From NCBI GenBank assembly GCA_046732535.1, contig JBKPNH010000062.1:972-64971 (forward strand): a stretch of DNA of 64,000 bases, read 5' to 3'. Below the pieces are notes generated by a model that was not told the DNA's origin, made no database searches, and saw only the letters and a list, made by a program, of their open reading frames with translations. This DNA comes from Acidobacteriota bacterium. GTDB taxonomy: Bacteria; Acidobacteriota; Blastocatellia; Pyrinomonadales; Pyrinomonadaceae. The first letter of the stretch is position 1. Every line of letters begins with the position of its first letter. Below are positions 1-8,456 of the stretch, piece after piece. The translations under genes and the position numbers were made by a program.

Positions 1-2
1 TT

Positions 3-152
3 CTCTTCGACGCGGACGGCGCGCTGCCGACGTTTACGAGTATTTACCCGATCAAGCACGCTGCACTTGGCAGCTTCGATCTTTTCTTAACTCGGCGCGA
101 TGGTCCAAACGGCGAGATCTCCTACGAAGCGGTTTTTAATCACCTCCGATAG
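3..152 (+). CDS. 3' end of an unidentified CDS truncated by the window start (...ISYEAVFNHLR*)
   Basis: Frame +3 is open from the window edge to TAG at 150-152. Composition is protein-like. No family recognised. Confidence 0.3.
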   Translation, partial: LFDADGALPTFTSIYPIKHAALGSFDLFLTRRDGPNGEISYEAVFNHLR

Positions 153-204
153 GTGTGTCGATAGTCTCCCCGCGGGGCCGGGGCCTCATCGGGCCCCGCT
201 CATC

Positions 205-213
205 TGCTAGAAT
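205..213 (+). promoter_or_regulatory. Extended -10-like element TGCTAGAAT upstream of the 225 CDS
   Basis: TGnTAGAAT read directly at 205-213, 12 nt before the ATG at 225. No clear -35. Confidence 0.25.
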
Positions 214-224
214 CTCAGATTGTC

Positions 225-1040
225 ATGAACACTCTTTGGAAGATCGTGGCTTGCGCCATCACGCTAATCGTTAGCGGAGGTGTGGCCAGCGGCAAAGAGT
301 GGCGTGGAATTGTTCCGCTGAAATCGACGCGCGTTGACGTGGAGCGAGTATTTGGAGCCACGAAGGATGCTGAGAATACAGCTTCGTATTACGACCTGCC
401 AAACGAAATAGTTGTCTTTCAATATCAAGCTCAGACCTGCGATCACGACAAGTTTGGGTACGGATGGAACGTTCCTATCGGCACGGTTGTTAACATCGGC
501 GTCATTCCAAAAGGTACACATCGTCTCAAGGAATACCAATCAGGGAGTGATTTCAAAATCGATGATCGCGGCGCCGGGTTCATGAGTTACCACGATAATA
601 CGGCAGGGATCAGCGTAGAAACCTACAAAGATCGAGTGACCCTCGTCGAGTATGAACCGGAAGCAGCGCAGAAAACCTTGAACTGTCCTCGACTACAGGA
701 CTGCTGCATCGATTTTTTCCACAGATTTGATGAATACGAGCGAATACCATTTCAAGATGAAAAAGCCCGCCTCGATAATTACATGTTCCAAATCAATAAT
801 TTATTCGGCAGGGGAACTATCGAAGTACGTGGCCCTTCCAGGAGAGCCCGGGAAGAACGCATGAAAGTCGCCGCTCGGGCCAAGGCGTATTTAGTGAAAC
901 AACGTGGGCTTCACCCTGACCGACTCCTCATAGTCGATGGCGGTTTCAGCGAAAGGGCAGTGACTAATCTTAATATCTATTCGATAGGCGGCATCGCAAG
1001 CGCGATTTTTGTCTTTCCGCAACCAGATCCCTGGAAGTAG
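225..1040 (+). CDS. Secreted protein of unknown function
   Basis: 271-aa ORF with a signal-peptide-like N-terminus (MNTLWKIVACAITLIVSGGVASG). AT-richer than the core genes (lines 361-420 and 721-780 give 26/60 and 23/60 GC). No family recognised. Confidence 0.6.
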   Translation: MNTLWKIVACAITLIVSGGVASGKEWRGIVPLKSTRVDVERVFGATKDAENTASYYDLPNEIVVFQYQAQTCDHDKFGYGWNVPIGTVVNIGVIPKGTHRLKEYQSGSDFKIDDRGAGFMSYHDNTAGISVETYKDRVTLVEYEPEAAQKTLNCPRLQDCCIDFFHRFDEYERIPFQDEKARLDNYMFQINNLFGRGTIEVRGPSRRAREERMKVAARAKAYLVKQRGLHPDRLLIVDGGFSERAVTNLNIYSIGGIASAIFVFPQPDPWK

Positions 1041-1128
1041 CCACCGTTCTAAATCACCTCCCTCCTGGTCCTTTACGACTCGAGATTTCGCGTTATTCGA
1101 GTGTGAAGTCTTAGTCGTGGAGGGTGAA

Positions 1129-1548
1129 ATGAAGGCAATAATTTTAAGAGTAATGACGATGCTGGCCGTGGTGGTGGGCCTTACGGCCGTTTCTGCGCAG
1201 GCGCAGACGTCTTTCAACGCGCATAAGTTTACGGTGCCGTTTGAATTCAATATCGGCGACGAGGTGCTGCCGGCCGGGGACTACTCGGTCCTAGCGGAAA
1301 ACCAGACCATCCGCCTCCGAAAGAGCGATGGAAAGGCAAACGTGATCGCGCTTTTGCGGCGCACCATAACTGCAAACCATCGTGATAGCGAAGTTAAGCT
1401 AACGTTTCGGCAGTACGGCGATCAGACGTACCTGTCTCAAGTGTGGCTCGTTGATGGCATTGGTCGAGAATTGAAGAGACAGAAGAAAGAAAGCGAGCTT
1501 CTTGCCCGGGACTCCCGCATTGTTGAAGTAAAAGGGATGGCGCGGTGA
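1129..1548 (+). CDS. Small secreted protein of unknown function
   Basis: Internal ATG at 1129 gives MKAIILRVMTMLAVVVGLTAVSAQAQ, a signal peptide with an AxA site. The upstream part of ORF 1009..1548 is not protein-like. Confidence 0.55.
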   Translation: MKAIILRVMTMLAVVVGLTAVSAQAQTSFNAHKFTVPFEFNIGDEVLPAGDYSVLAENQTIRLRKSDGKANVIALLRRTITANHRDSEVKLTFRQYGDQTYLSQVWLVDGIGRELKRQKKESELLARDSRIVEVKGMAR

Positions 1549-1562
1549 GCCCCTTGCTGTTT

Positions 1563-1607
1563 GCAGCCTCTGTTCAACCATTAGCGTTACGGGCGAACAG
1601 AGGCTGC
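1563..1607. terminator. Perfect 13-bp stem hairpin between convergent genes
   Basis: gcagcctctgttc (1563-1575) pairs with gaacagaggctgc (1595-1607) across a 19-nt loop. There is no U-tract on either side. Confidence 0.4.
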
Positions 1608-1651
1608 GATGGCAGGTTAGTTATGTGTTTGTAATCATCTTACGGAACCCA

Positions 1652-2431
1652 CTAACGAATTCCGGCCAACATCTCTACGAGCGCTTCCGGTGCAGACCAC
1701 TGCGGATTGTGATCGGACGTCAACTGCAACATAGACCATCCTCTTTCCTTTGCGCGTTGTGACTGCCGAAAGAAGTCGTCGTCCTTAGCTTCCTTTCCTT
1801 TATCGACAGTCAGGATGTAAGTCGCAGGAAGTTTCCGCGCCGCTTCATTCTTCAACGTGATCGTATCCGTGAAGGTCTTTAGTGCTTGCGGTACGTCGTG
1901 CGGTGGCGGCTGATCCGGTTTGACCCATGCAGGGACGATATAGTCGCCTTTCGTCATTCGTTTAATGAAGTCGCCTCCACCCGGCATCATGTTGCTAACG
2001 CTGTCGCCATCGTTCGGGACCATCGCGTCGAGATAAACCAATCGCTTGATGCGATCGGGGACTCGCTCTGCAACACCGCTGATCACCATACCGCCATAGC
2101 TGTGGCCGACGAGGATGATGTCGCGCAAGTCTTCGTAAAGAATCGTATTGACGACGTCGTCGATGTGTGTGCTCAAGCCAATATCGGGCCGCGCCAGGTG
2201 TACGCGATCGCCTTGCCCGGTAAGTTGCGGACGATAGACTTCGAAACCCTTCTGCCGAAGCATCGCGTCCACTTTCTTGAACGCCCATGCGCCGCCCCAC
2301 GCGCCGTGAACGATAACGATCGTCGGCTTGGACGGAGTATCAGTTTTTGGCGCCTGTCCGCGGCCGTCACTCCAACTGAAAACGCCAACGACCAGCAAGA
2401 CAACTATGACGTACAAGTTTTTCTGCTTCAT
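1652..2431 (-). CDS. Secreted alpha/beta-fold hydrolase (esterase-like)
   Basis: Start at the second Met (MKQKNLYVIVVLLVVGV, signal peptide). Contains IVIVHGAWGG and the nucleophile-elbow motif GHSYGG. Confidence 0.8.
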   Translation of the reverse strand: MKQKNLYVIVVLLVVGVFSWSDGRGQAPKTDTPSKPTIVIVHGAWGGAWAFKKVDAMLRQKGFEVYRPQLTGQGDRVHLARPDIGLSTHIDDVVNTILYEDLRDIILVGHSYGGMVISGVAERVPDRIKRLVYLDAMVPNDGDSVSNMMPGGGDFIKRMTKGDYIVPAWVKPDQPPPHDVPQALKTFTDTITLKNEAARKLPATYILTVDKGKEAKDDDFFRQSQRAKERGWSMLQLTSDHNPQWSAPEALVEMLAGIR

Positions 2432-2527
2432 CTTCGTACCTGTTTGTGGTGGTTTTGAAAGATTTGCGGATCTTACCACAAAGCAATGGGTGTGAGGGTT
2501 GGAAGGAAAAGACGGAAGAAAAAGTGG

Positions 2528-2716
2528 TTATCTATCGCTGACAAACTCGCCGTACGAGCTTCTCTTTTGCGCGCTGAGGTGGTTGCTCAGGATCTGGTAG
2601 AAGCACTGTAGGCACACGCCGGAAGCGTTTTCCTGCTTGTCGTCGCGAATCTTCGCGCCGCAACAGATACATTGGACCACGAACGCATCGTCGTTCTCTT
2701 TCGGTTTACAATTCAC
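2528..2716 (-). CDS. Small Cys-rich (zinc-ribbon-like) protein
   Basis: 62-aa ORF with a GTG start preceded by AAGGAG 9 nt upstream. Carries CICC...CLQC cysteine pairs. Confidence 0.45.
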   Translation of the reverse strand: MNCKPKENDDAFVVQCICCGAKIRDDKQENASGVCLQCFYQILSNHLSAQKRSSYGEFVSDR

Positions 2717-2790
2717 AGCTCTTAACTCCTTTCGCTAGTATTTGTTTCAGTCAACTTATCCACCCCACGTTACGTCCTCCTAACCATCCG

Positions 2791-2891
2791 GTTAAATGTC
2801 CGTTAACTTATTTCACGTCATGTTCAGACACGGTTCAGTTGGACCGCAAAATAAAACATTTCACTACTCTCCCAGTTAACATTTTGGTAAC
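2791..2891 (+). promoter_or_regulatory. Three pairs of 11-nt-phased direct repeats (Pho-box-like operator cluster)
   Basis: gttaaatgtccgttaac (2791-2807), gttcagacacggttcag (2822-2838) and gttaacattttggtaac (2875-2891). The middle pair matches the pstS-upstream site 8853-8869 at 15/17 positions. Confidence 0.5.
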
Positions 2892-2990
2892 ATCGGCCGC
2901 AAATGCGCCGCCCCTAATGGCGCAGTGAAAGCCTTAACCGACGCACGCCGAAAAGACTACGCCGGTGAATTGACTGGGAGGATTAAGCCG

Positions 2991-3830
2991 ATGCACCCCA
3001 GCACCCGCAGGAACTATTTTTCTCCGAAGTGTCTCAATGTATGTTGGACCATCGCGATTCTCATCACCGCTGCGGTCCCGCTCTTTGCCACGACAACGGA
3101 TCGAGTGGTCGTTCGGGAGAGCGTCTCGGAGCGCCATCGCGAAGAACTTGCCAACCGATTGCGCGCCATTACTGGCTGGGACGGACTGAAGTTCGACGCC
3201 GCCGGCGTGCTACAGCTAAGCGACTCGGATCGTGCTGATGGTTCAGCGAGCGCGCGCGATCTGCTAAGCCGTGCCGTTTCAGGCCGCCGCGTGATTCTGC
3301 TTGAAGACGCGAGCTCACGAAAGGACGTGGTTTTTTGTCGAGTGGTTTTGGGAAAGTTGGTCCAGGAATCATTATCAAGCAGCGAGATCCACGTAGTCTT
3401 GATTGACTTTGATGACTTTCGCCAGGTGAGCGGAGACAAGCAAGCGCGCGCAGCGTTTAATGTTGGCTGGGCCGTTCTTCATGAGATAGACCACGTTGTC
3501 GTCGACTCTGCTGATCCGCAACAGGACACGTCTGCGGGTGATTGTGAAGGGCACATTAATAAGATGCGCCGCGAGCTTGGTCTACCGGTGAGAAGCAGTT
3601 ACTTCTTCAGTTTTCTACCAATCAGCAATGATGGAGTTCTGATCAGTCGCTTTGTTCGCCTCGGCTTCGATCACACCGTCGGCCGCACTGCAAAACCAAA
3701 GCGTTATTGGTTGATCTGGGACGCTGCCGTTGTCGGCGGTTTGGAGGCCCAAACCGTTGCGACCGAATATCCGATCAAAACGATAGGTGTTAGATCGCTG
3801 TCGTGGCTGTCGACGTCACAAACGTTTTGA
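2991..3830 (+). CDS. Membrane-anchored protein with an HExxH motif (putative zinc metallopeptidase-like, family unknown)
   Basis: ATG at 2991 has GGGAGG 9 nt upstream. N-terminal hydrophobic segment CWTIAILITAAVPLFA. HEIDH is encoded at 3480-3494. Confidence 0.6.
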   Translation: MHPSTRRNYFSPKCLNVCWTIAILITAAVPLFATTTDRVVVRESVSERHREELANRLRAITGWDGLKFDAAGVLQLSDSDRADGSASARDLLSRAVSGRRVILLEDASSRKDVVFCRVVLGKLVQESLSSSEIHVVLIDFDDFRQVSGDKQARAAFNVGWAVLHEIDHVVVDSADPQQDTSAGDCEGHINKMRRELGLPVRSSYFFSFLPISNDGVLISRFVRLGFDHTVGRTAKPKRYWLIWDAAVVGGLEAQTVATEYPIKTIGVRSLSWLSTSQTF

Positions 3831-4067
3831 AGCTACTGTCTTGCTCTTCTTCGCGGCGCCGACTTTGGTTAACAGCTTTTTCGCTTCTCTCGCTTGCCAC
3901 TGCGCATTATTGAGACGAGATCGCGTCTGGCCTATGTTCAACTGGCTCAGACACGCCTGAGCTTCCTTGATGCCTTTGATCGCGAAGTTCAACCGCTCAC
4001 ACGCCTCCCTCAGAAGATTAAGCTCCGAATCTTCGGTTGATGAAGGTGCAAAACCAACTGCGCTCAC
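3816..4067 (-). CDS. Small hypothetical protein (83 aa, helical, basic C-terminus)
   Basis: ORF only, with a GTG start. Its 3' end overlaps the convergent 2991..3830 gene by 15 nt. Confidence 0.3.
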   Translation of the reverse strand: MSAVGFAPSSTEDSELNLLREACERLNFAIKGIKEAQACLSQLNIGQTRSRLNNAQWQAREAKKLLTKVGAAKKSKTVASKRL

Positions 4068-4140
4068 TCCCGCAACTTAGCGGCCCAATTTTCGCTTGGC
4101 AATGTTTACGCTCATAGGAAGAAACAGATCATGACACGGA

Positions 4141-4344
4141 TCATGACGGTCTGCGTTCGGCCGCGGGCCTCGCCGTCTTCATGCTCTCTTTGAGGCGGTT
4201 GCCGCGCTCGTTCGCCGACATCTTTTGCAACGCAGAATGCACTTTCAAAATGACGTCTTTTAGTCGTCGTAATTCCTGGGGCGACTTGTTTTCTGCGAGA
4301 AGAGCGGCAGCAATGTCACTGCTGAGTTCGTTGGAAATGGCCAT
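4141..4344 (-). CDS. Small hypothetical protein (67 aa)
   Basis: ORF only, with no clear Shine-Dalgarno sequence. Confidence 0.3.
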   Translation of the reverse strand: MAISNELSSDIAAALLAENKSPQELRRLKDVILKVHSALQKMSANERGNRLKESMKTARPAAERRPS

Positions 4345-4407
4345 GGTTCAAAGGAATTTCTAATCTGCCGAGGCTGTTTTTGAAGAGAGGCTATCATAGA
4401 TTTTCGG

Positions 4408-4460
4408 TGTTACGTTGATGTTAACTTCGTGTTAATTCATGGCCGATCGAGTTTTATGAT
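4408..4460 (+). promoter_or_regulatory. Three tandem 11-nt units plus a -10-like TATGAT (Pho-box-type promoter candidate for the TonB-dependent receptor)
   Basis: Units are tgttacgttga, tgttaacttcg and tgttaattcat at 4408-4440. TATGAT lies at 4455-4460. Confidence 0.45.
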
Positions 4461-4603
4461 CTCACCCACCCTTTCCTGCTTAACAAACATTTAAGGCGAT
4501 ATTCACTGCTCTTTAACCTCCAGTCAGTAGCGTGTCCACTCGACACCAGAAAACGCATTGAGCAATTAGCACTTCCGTACCAGTTCATCTACAGGAGACT
4601 TGT

Positions 4604-7600
4604 ATGAAATTGTTTACCCTTGTATGCCGCCCGATCTGTTTGCTTCTAACTCTCACATTCTTCGCGTGTGTCGCCGTGGCCCAGTCAGGGACAGTCGGCA
4701 CGTTGACCGGCGTGGTCCACGATCCGAACGGAGCGAACTTGCCCGGCGTCGGCGTTGTCGTGAAAAACCTCGGCACAGGCGCCACCCGCACCGCGGTCAG
4801 CGATGAAGACGGGCATTGGTCCTTACCCGGCCTGTCGGTTGGCACGTACGAAGTCTCCTATGAGAGTACGGGTTTCAAGCGGCTCGTACGCGACCGCGTC
4901 GAAGTAGAAGCGAGCGTTCCTCGCACGCTGGATGACAAACTCGAAGTTGGTGAGATCGGCGCGGTGATCAATATCACCGAAGGCGCAGCGCTCATCACGC
5001 CCGAGACGTCAACCGTCGCGCGACAACTCTCCTCCGAACAACTGGTCCAGGTGCCAACCTCCACTCGCAGCTTCACGCAACTGCTTTCGGCTGAGGCCGG
5101 CGTCAGTTCAGATCTTTCTCCGGTGTTGACCAACGGGAACGGAAACCAGTCGCCGTCAGTAAACGGAACAAGGACCACCAGCACGAGCCTCTTCTTCAAC
5201 GGCATAGACGCCACGAACATCACGTCGAACGAAGGCTCGCTGAACGGGAACATCGCTCCCGCTCCCGAAACGTTGTCGGAAGTGAAACTGCAAACGAGTC
5301 TCTACGACGCGTCGACTGGCCGTTCGGGCGGCGGCAATTTTCAACTCGTCACCAAGAGTGGTACGAACCAGTTCAACGGAAGCGTCTACTACTACTTGCA
5401 GAACGAGAAGTTCAACGCCAACGATTTCTTCTTCAACAAGGACGGAATCGACCGTCCCAAAGCGCGCCGCAATGAAGGCGGGTTTACGATCGGCGGACCG
5501 GTTATTAAAGACCGGCTGTTCTTCTTCGGCGGATATCAGCACACGCAGGCGAACACCGGCTTCGTGAGCACGGCGAGCAGCATCACGGTCTTGCCGGCAG
5601 CATTGCGACTCATCACCGGAGAGCGGACCAAGGAAAACCTGTTAGCGGCCTTCAGCCAGTTGAACCCCGGGATTCTCGCTTCTATTCCGAAGGCGCAGTG
5701 CAATCCAACGGTTAACGGAGTGGTCGATCGCGCTTGTATCTCCGACGTCGCGATCGCATTATTGAACCTGCGAAATCCCGCGACAGGCGACTTCTTCATT
5801 CCTGCCCCACGCATTCCAACAACTATCGGTAGCGACGTGAGCGTAGCCGGCAACAACGGTGGAAATCCCTACGTTCGCCAGCGAAATGTGTTTCCGGCTG
5901 AGTTCGAGCAAGATCAGTTCACGATTAAGCTCGATGGCCGTTTGAGCAAAAAGAATACGTTGAACGGGACCGTGTTCTGGGCCAACTTCCCGGGATTCGA
6001 TCCCTTCCCGGATCCAGGGAGCCTGGCGTCGCCCGTAACAGTGAAGAGATCTGATCGCAATCGCACGGTGGCGATCTCTGACCAGCACGTCTTCGGCCCG
6101 CGGCTCATCAACGAAGTGCGCTTCGGATACTTCTCACTCAACAACACTCGCGTGCTCGACGATCCGTTTCTGGCAATCACTAACGAGTCAGTAGGAATTC
6201 CCAATCCGGCGGTCGCCTTCGACCAGGGACCGGGAACGCTGCGCCTCGGCCATTACGTTGGCCGGCCGGGCACAATCCTCGAAAGGTTTTCTTTCGGCGG
6301 ACCGAACGACACTTTCAATCGTCGCGAACAAAAGACGCTTTCGATCGGCGATCACGTCACTTATCTCGCCGGCGATCACAGCTTCCGCATGGGCGGTGAA
6401 TTCAAGCGCCATAATTTTAACACCGCGCTTCCGGAAGAGCAGGCGACTGAGTTTGAAAAGTACGACAACTTCACTCAGTTCCTGCGTGGAGTTGCGACAG
6501 AGGCTGACACGCAGTTTGGCGTCACTGAGAAGCAGTTCCGCTTTCGTGATGTGAGTCTTTACGTTGCGGATGATTGGAAAGTGAATCGCAAGCTCACTGT
6601 CAATGCAGGCTTGCGTTGGGAGTGGTTCGGTTGGCCCGAAGAGAAGAACGGGATGATCGGCAATTTCGATCCTTCGTTAGTCACCGACTTTGATAATCCG
6701 ATCACGGGTTTCATTGTTCCCTCGAACGCGGGGACGACGGGCTTCGTCGCTGTCGACACCGCCATCCAAGCAACGACGAGGGCCAGCACGAAGAGCACGA
6801 TAAAGAACCAGGACTTCAACAACCTTGCACCGCGCTTCGGATTCGCCTTTACGCCGTTCGACAAATTAGTCGTTAGAGGCGGTTACGGCATCTTCTTCGA
6901 TCGCCCATCAGCGGCGTTCATCAATACGGTCTTCAGCAATTATCCTCACCTGCGCGAAGAGGAAGTGACTTTCCCCGGCAGCAACGTTCCACTGAATTTG
7001 GCGTGGTCACAACAGGATCCAAACTTTCCATTCAACCAGTATCTGCCGAATCGCGTGGTGCGCACGGGCGGCGCCAATGGAACTTACCAGATTCGCGACA
7101 ATACCAACGTAACGCGAGGAGCAGACGGCACTCTGAATCCGATCGATCCTGCGACTGGACAGCCGTTCAGAGGAAACATCGCCGAGACGTTTGAGTTTCG
7201 CGCTGTCGATCGCAATCTGCGCACGCCATATGTCCAGCAGTGGAACCTCGGCGCGCAATACGAGGTTGGAGCTAACCTCCTGGTCGAGGTCAGATACGTC
7301 GGTTCCAAGGGGACAAAACTGCTTCAGGCGACTTCGTTCGCGCAGGGATTCGACTTAAACGATCCGAACACTCCGGATTTTATATATGAGAGATTCAACC
7401 GCGCATACGTCGCGTCCGGTAGTCCGCTTGGAGCACTGAACGTAGGTTCGACTGCACGGCAAAGAGGTTTAGGAAAAGCTTTCGGTTTCCCGAACGCGAC
7501 GTTGGGCGGGTTGATTGACTTGAACCTCGCGAATCCGGCGGGCGCGGTGATCACGTTCGAAGGCCGCTCGCCGTTTCTCGGCTTTGACGTGCCCGAGGCG

Positions 7601-8437
7601 ATTCTGCTCGGCAACTCCGCCTATTCAAGCTATCACTCAGCGCAGGTGAGCGTGACCAAGCGTCTCTCGCGAGGATTGCAGTTCAATGCTGCTTACACGT
7701 TCTCGAAGTCCATCGACAATGCGTCCGCCGATCCGGGCAGCACAGCCGGCGGAGGCAAGCCCGACCTGCCGAACGTTGGTTTTGCGGCGCAGGGAAACTC
7801 GTTTGACACCAACGCAAACAAAGGCGTGTCTGATTTCGATCGTCCGCATCGCTTCAGTCTGAGTTTTGTTTACGACATTCCCAGCTTCGGTTCGCAATCG
7901 AAGTTCCTGACAGGCTGGAGAGTTTCTGGTTTTGGACAGGCACAATCTGGGCTGCCTTACTCGATCTTCTCAGCGGAAGTGACAGTAGCGAATCCGACTA
8001 ATTACTCGAGCTTGAGACTCGGTTCCGGCGGTCTGTATCGCCTGGCGTTTGGCCGGCCCACGCTCTGCGGAACGCTCGACGACCTTCGGCGGCAAGGTTC
8101 AGATCCCACTGAGCAGGCTTTCACAGCGAATGGTGTTTTGTGCTCGCCGCTGACCCTGGCTGGTGGTTATCCGAACAACAGAGGTTTTGGAAACCTCGGT
8201 CGAAATGTCCTGCGTGGCTTCAGTCAGAACCGCATTGACCTCGGGCTTTCCAAGAATACAGCGATCACCGAGCGAGTTGGTCTGGAGTTTCGCTGGGACG
8301 TCTTCAACGTCTTCAACAACGTCAACTTCGCAACGCCGAATAACGTGATCGGTGAACCCGGAACTGACTTCGGAAGAATCACCGACACGATCGGCGGTCC
8401 AAGAGTGATGCAGTTTGGGATGAAGCTCAAGTTCTAA
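4604..8437 (+). CDS. TonB-dependent outer-membrane receptor with N-terminal carboxypeptidase-regulatory-like domain
   Basis: 1277 aa with a signal peptide. CarboxypepD_reg-like segment GTLTGVVHDPNGANLPGVGVVVKN...GTYEVSYE, then a long beta-barrel ending in the C-terminal ...FGMKLKF. AGGAG lies before the ATG. Confidence 0.9.
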   Translation: MKLFTLVCRPICLLLTLTFFACVAVAQSGTVGTLTGVVHDPNGANLPGVGVVVKNLGTGATRTAVSDEDGHWSLPGLSVGTYEVSYESTGFKRLVRDRVEVEASVPRTLDDKLEVGEIGAVINITEGAALITPETSTVARQLSSEQLVQVPTSTRSFTQLLSAEAGVSSDLSPVLTNGNGNQSPSVNGTRTTSTSLFFNGIDATNITSNEGSLNGNIAPAPETLSEVKLQTSLYDASTGRSGGGNFQLVTKSGTNQFNGSVYYYLQNEKFNANDFFFNKDGIDRPKARRNEGGFTIGGPVIKDRLFFFGGYQHTQANTGFVSTASSITVLPAALRLITGERTKENLLAAFSQLNPGILASIPKAQCNPTVNGVVDRACISDVAIALLNLRNPATGDFFIPAPRIPTTIGSDVSVAGNNGGNPYVRQRNVFPAEFEQDQFTIKLDGRLSKKNTLNGTVFWANFPGFDPFPDPGSLASPVTVKRSDRNRTVAISDQHVFGPRLINEVRFGYFSLNNTRVLDDPFLAITNESVGIPNPAVAFDQGPGTLRLGHYVGRPGTILERFSFGGPNDTFNRREQKTLSIGDHVTYLAGDHSFRMGGEFKRHNFNTALPEEQATEFEKYDNFTQFLRGVATEADTQFGVTEKQFRFRDVSLYVADDWKVNRKLTVNAGLRWEWFGWPEEKNGMIGNFDPSLVTDFDNPITGFIVPSNAGTTGFVAVDTAIQATTRASTKSTIKNQDFNNLAPRFGFAFTPFDKLVVRGGYGIFFDRPSAAFINTVFSNYPHLREEEVTFPGSNVPLNLAWSQQDPNFPFNQYLPNRVVRTGGANGTYQIRDNTNVTRGADGTLNPIDPATGQPFRGNIAETFEFRAVDRNLRTPYVQQWNLGAQYEVGANLLVEVRYVGSKGTKLLQATSFAQGFDLNDPNTPDFIYERFNRAYVASGSPLGALNVGSTARQRGLGKAFGFPNATLGGLIDLNLANPAGAVITFEGRSPFLGFDVPEAILLGNSAYSSYHSAQVSVTKRLSRGLQFNAAYTFSKSIDNASADPGSTAGGGKPDLPNVGFAAQGNSFDTNANKGVSDFDRPHRFSLSFVYDIPSFGSQSKFLTGWRVSGFGQAQSGLPYSIFSAEVTVANPTNYSSLRLGSGGLYRLAFGRPTLCGTLDDLRRQGSDPTEQAFTANGVLCSPLTLAGGYPNNRGFGNLGRNVLRGFSQNRIDLGLSKNTAITERVGLEFRWDVFNVFNNVNFATPNNVIGEPGTDFGRITDTIGGPRVMQFGMKLKF

Positions 8438-8456
8438 TACGGATTGGAGTTTGATA

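Noticed and set aside
172-199. GC-rich 8-bp hairpin (gcggggcc / ggccccgc) after the truncated first CDS as a terminator
   Set aside because: It has a short stem, a 12-nt loop and no U-tract, which is too weak to list as a feature.
4141-4344. N-terminus of the 67-aa ORF loosely resembles the N-terminal region of MucR/Ros regulators
   Set aside because: It has no C-terminal zinc-finger domain and is too short. The resemblance is limited to a few residues from memory.
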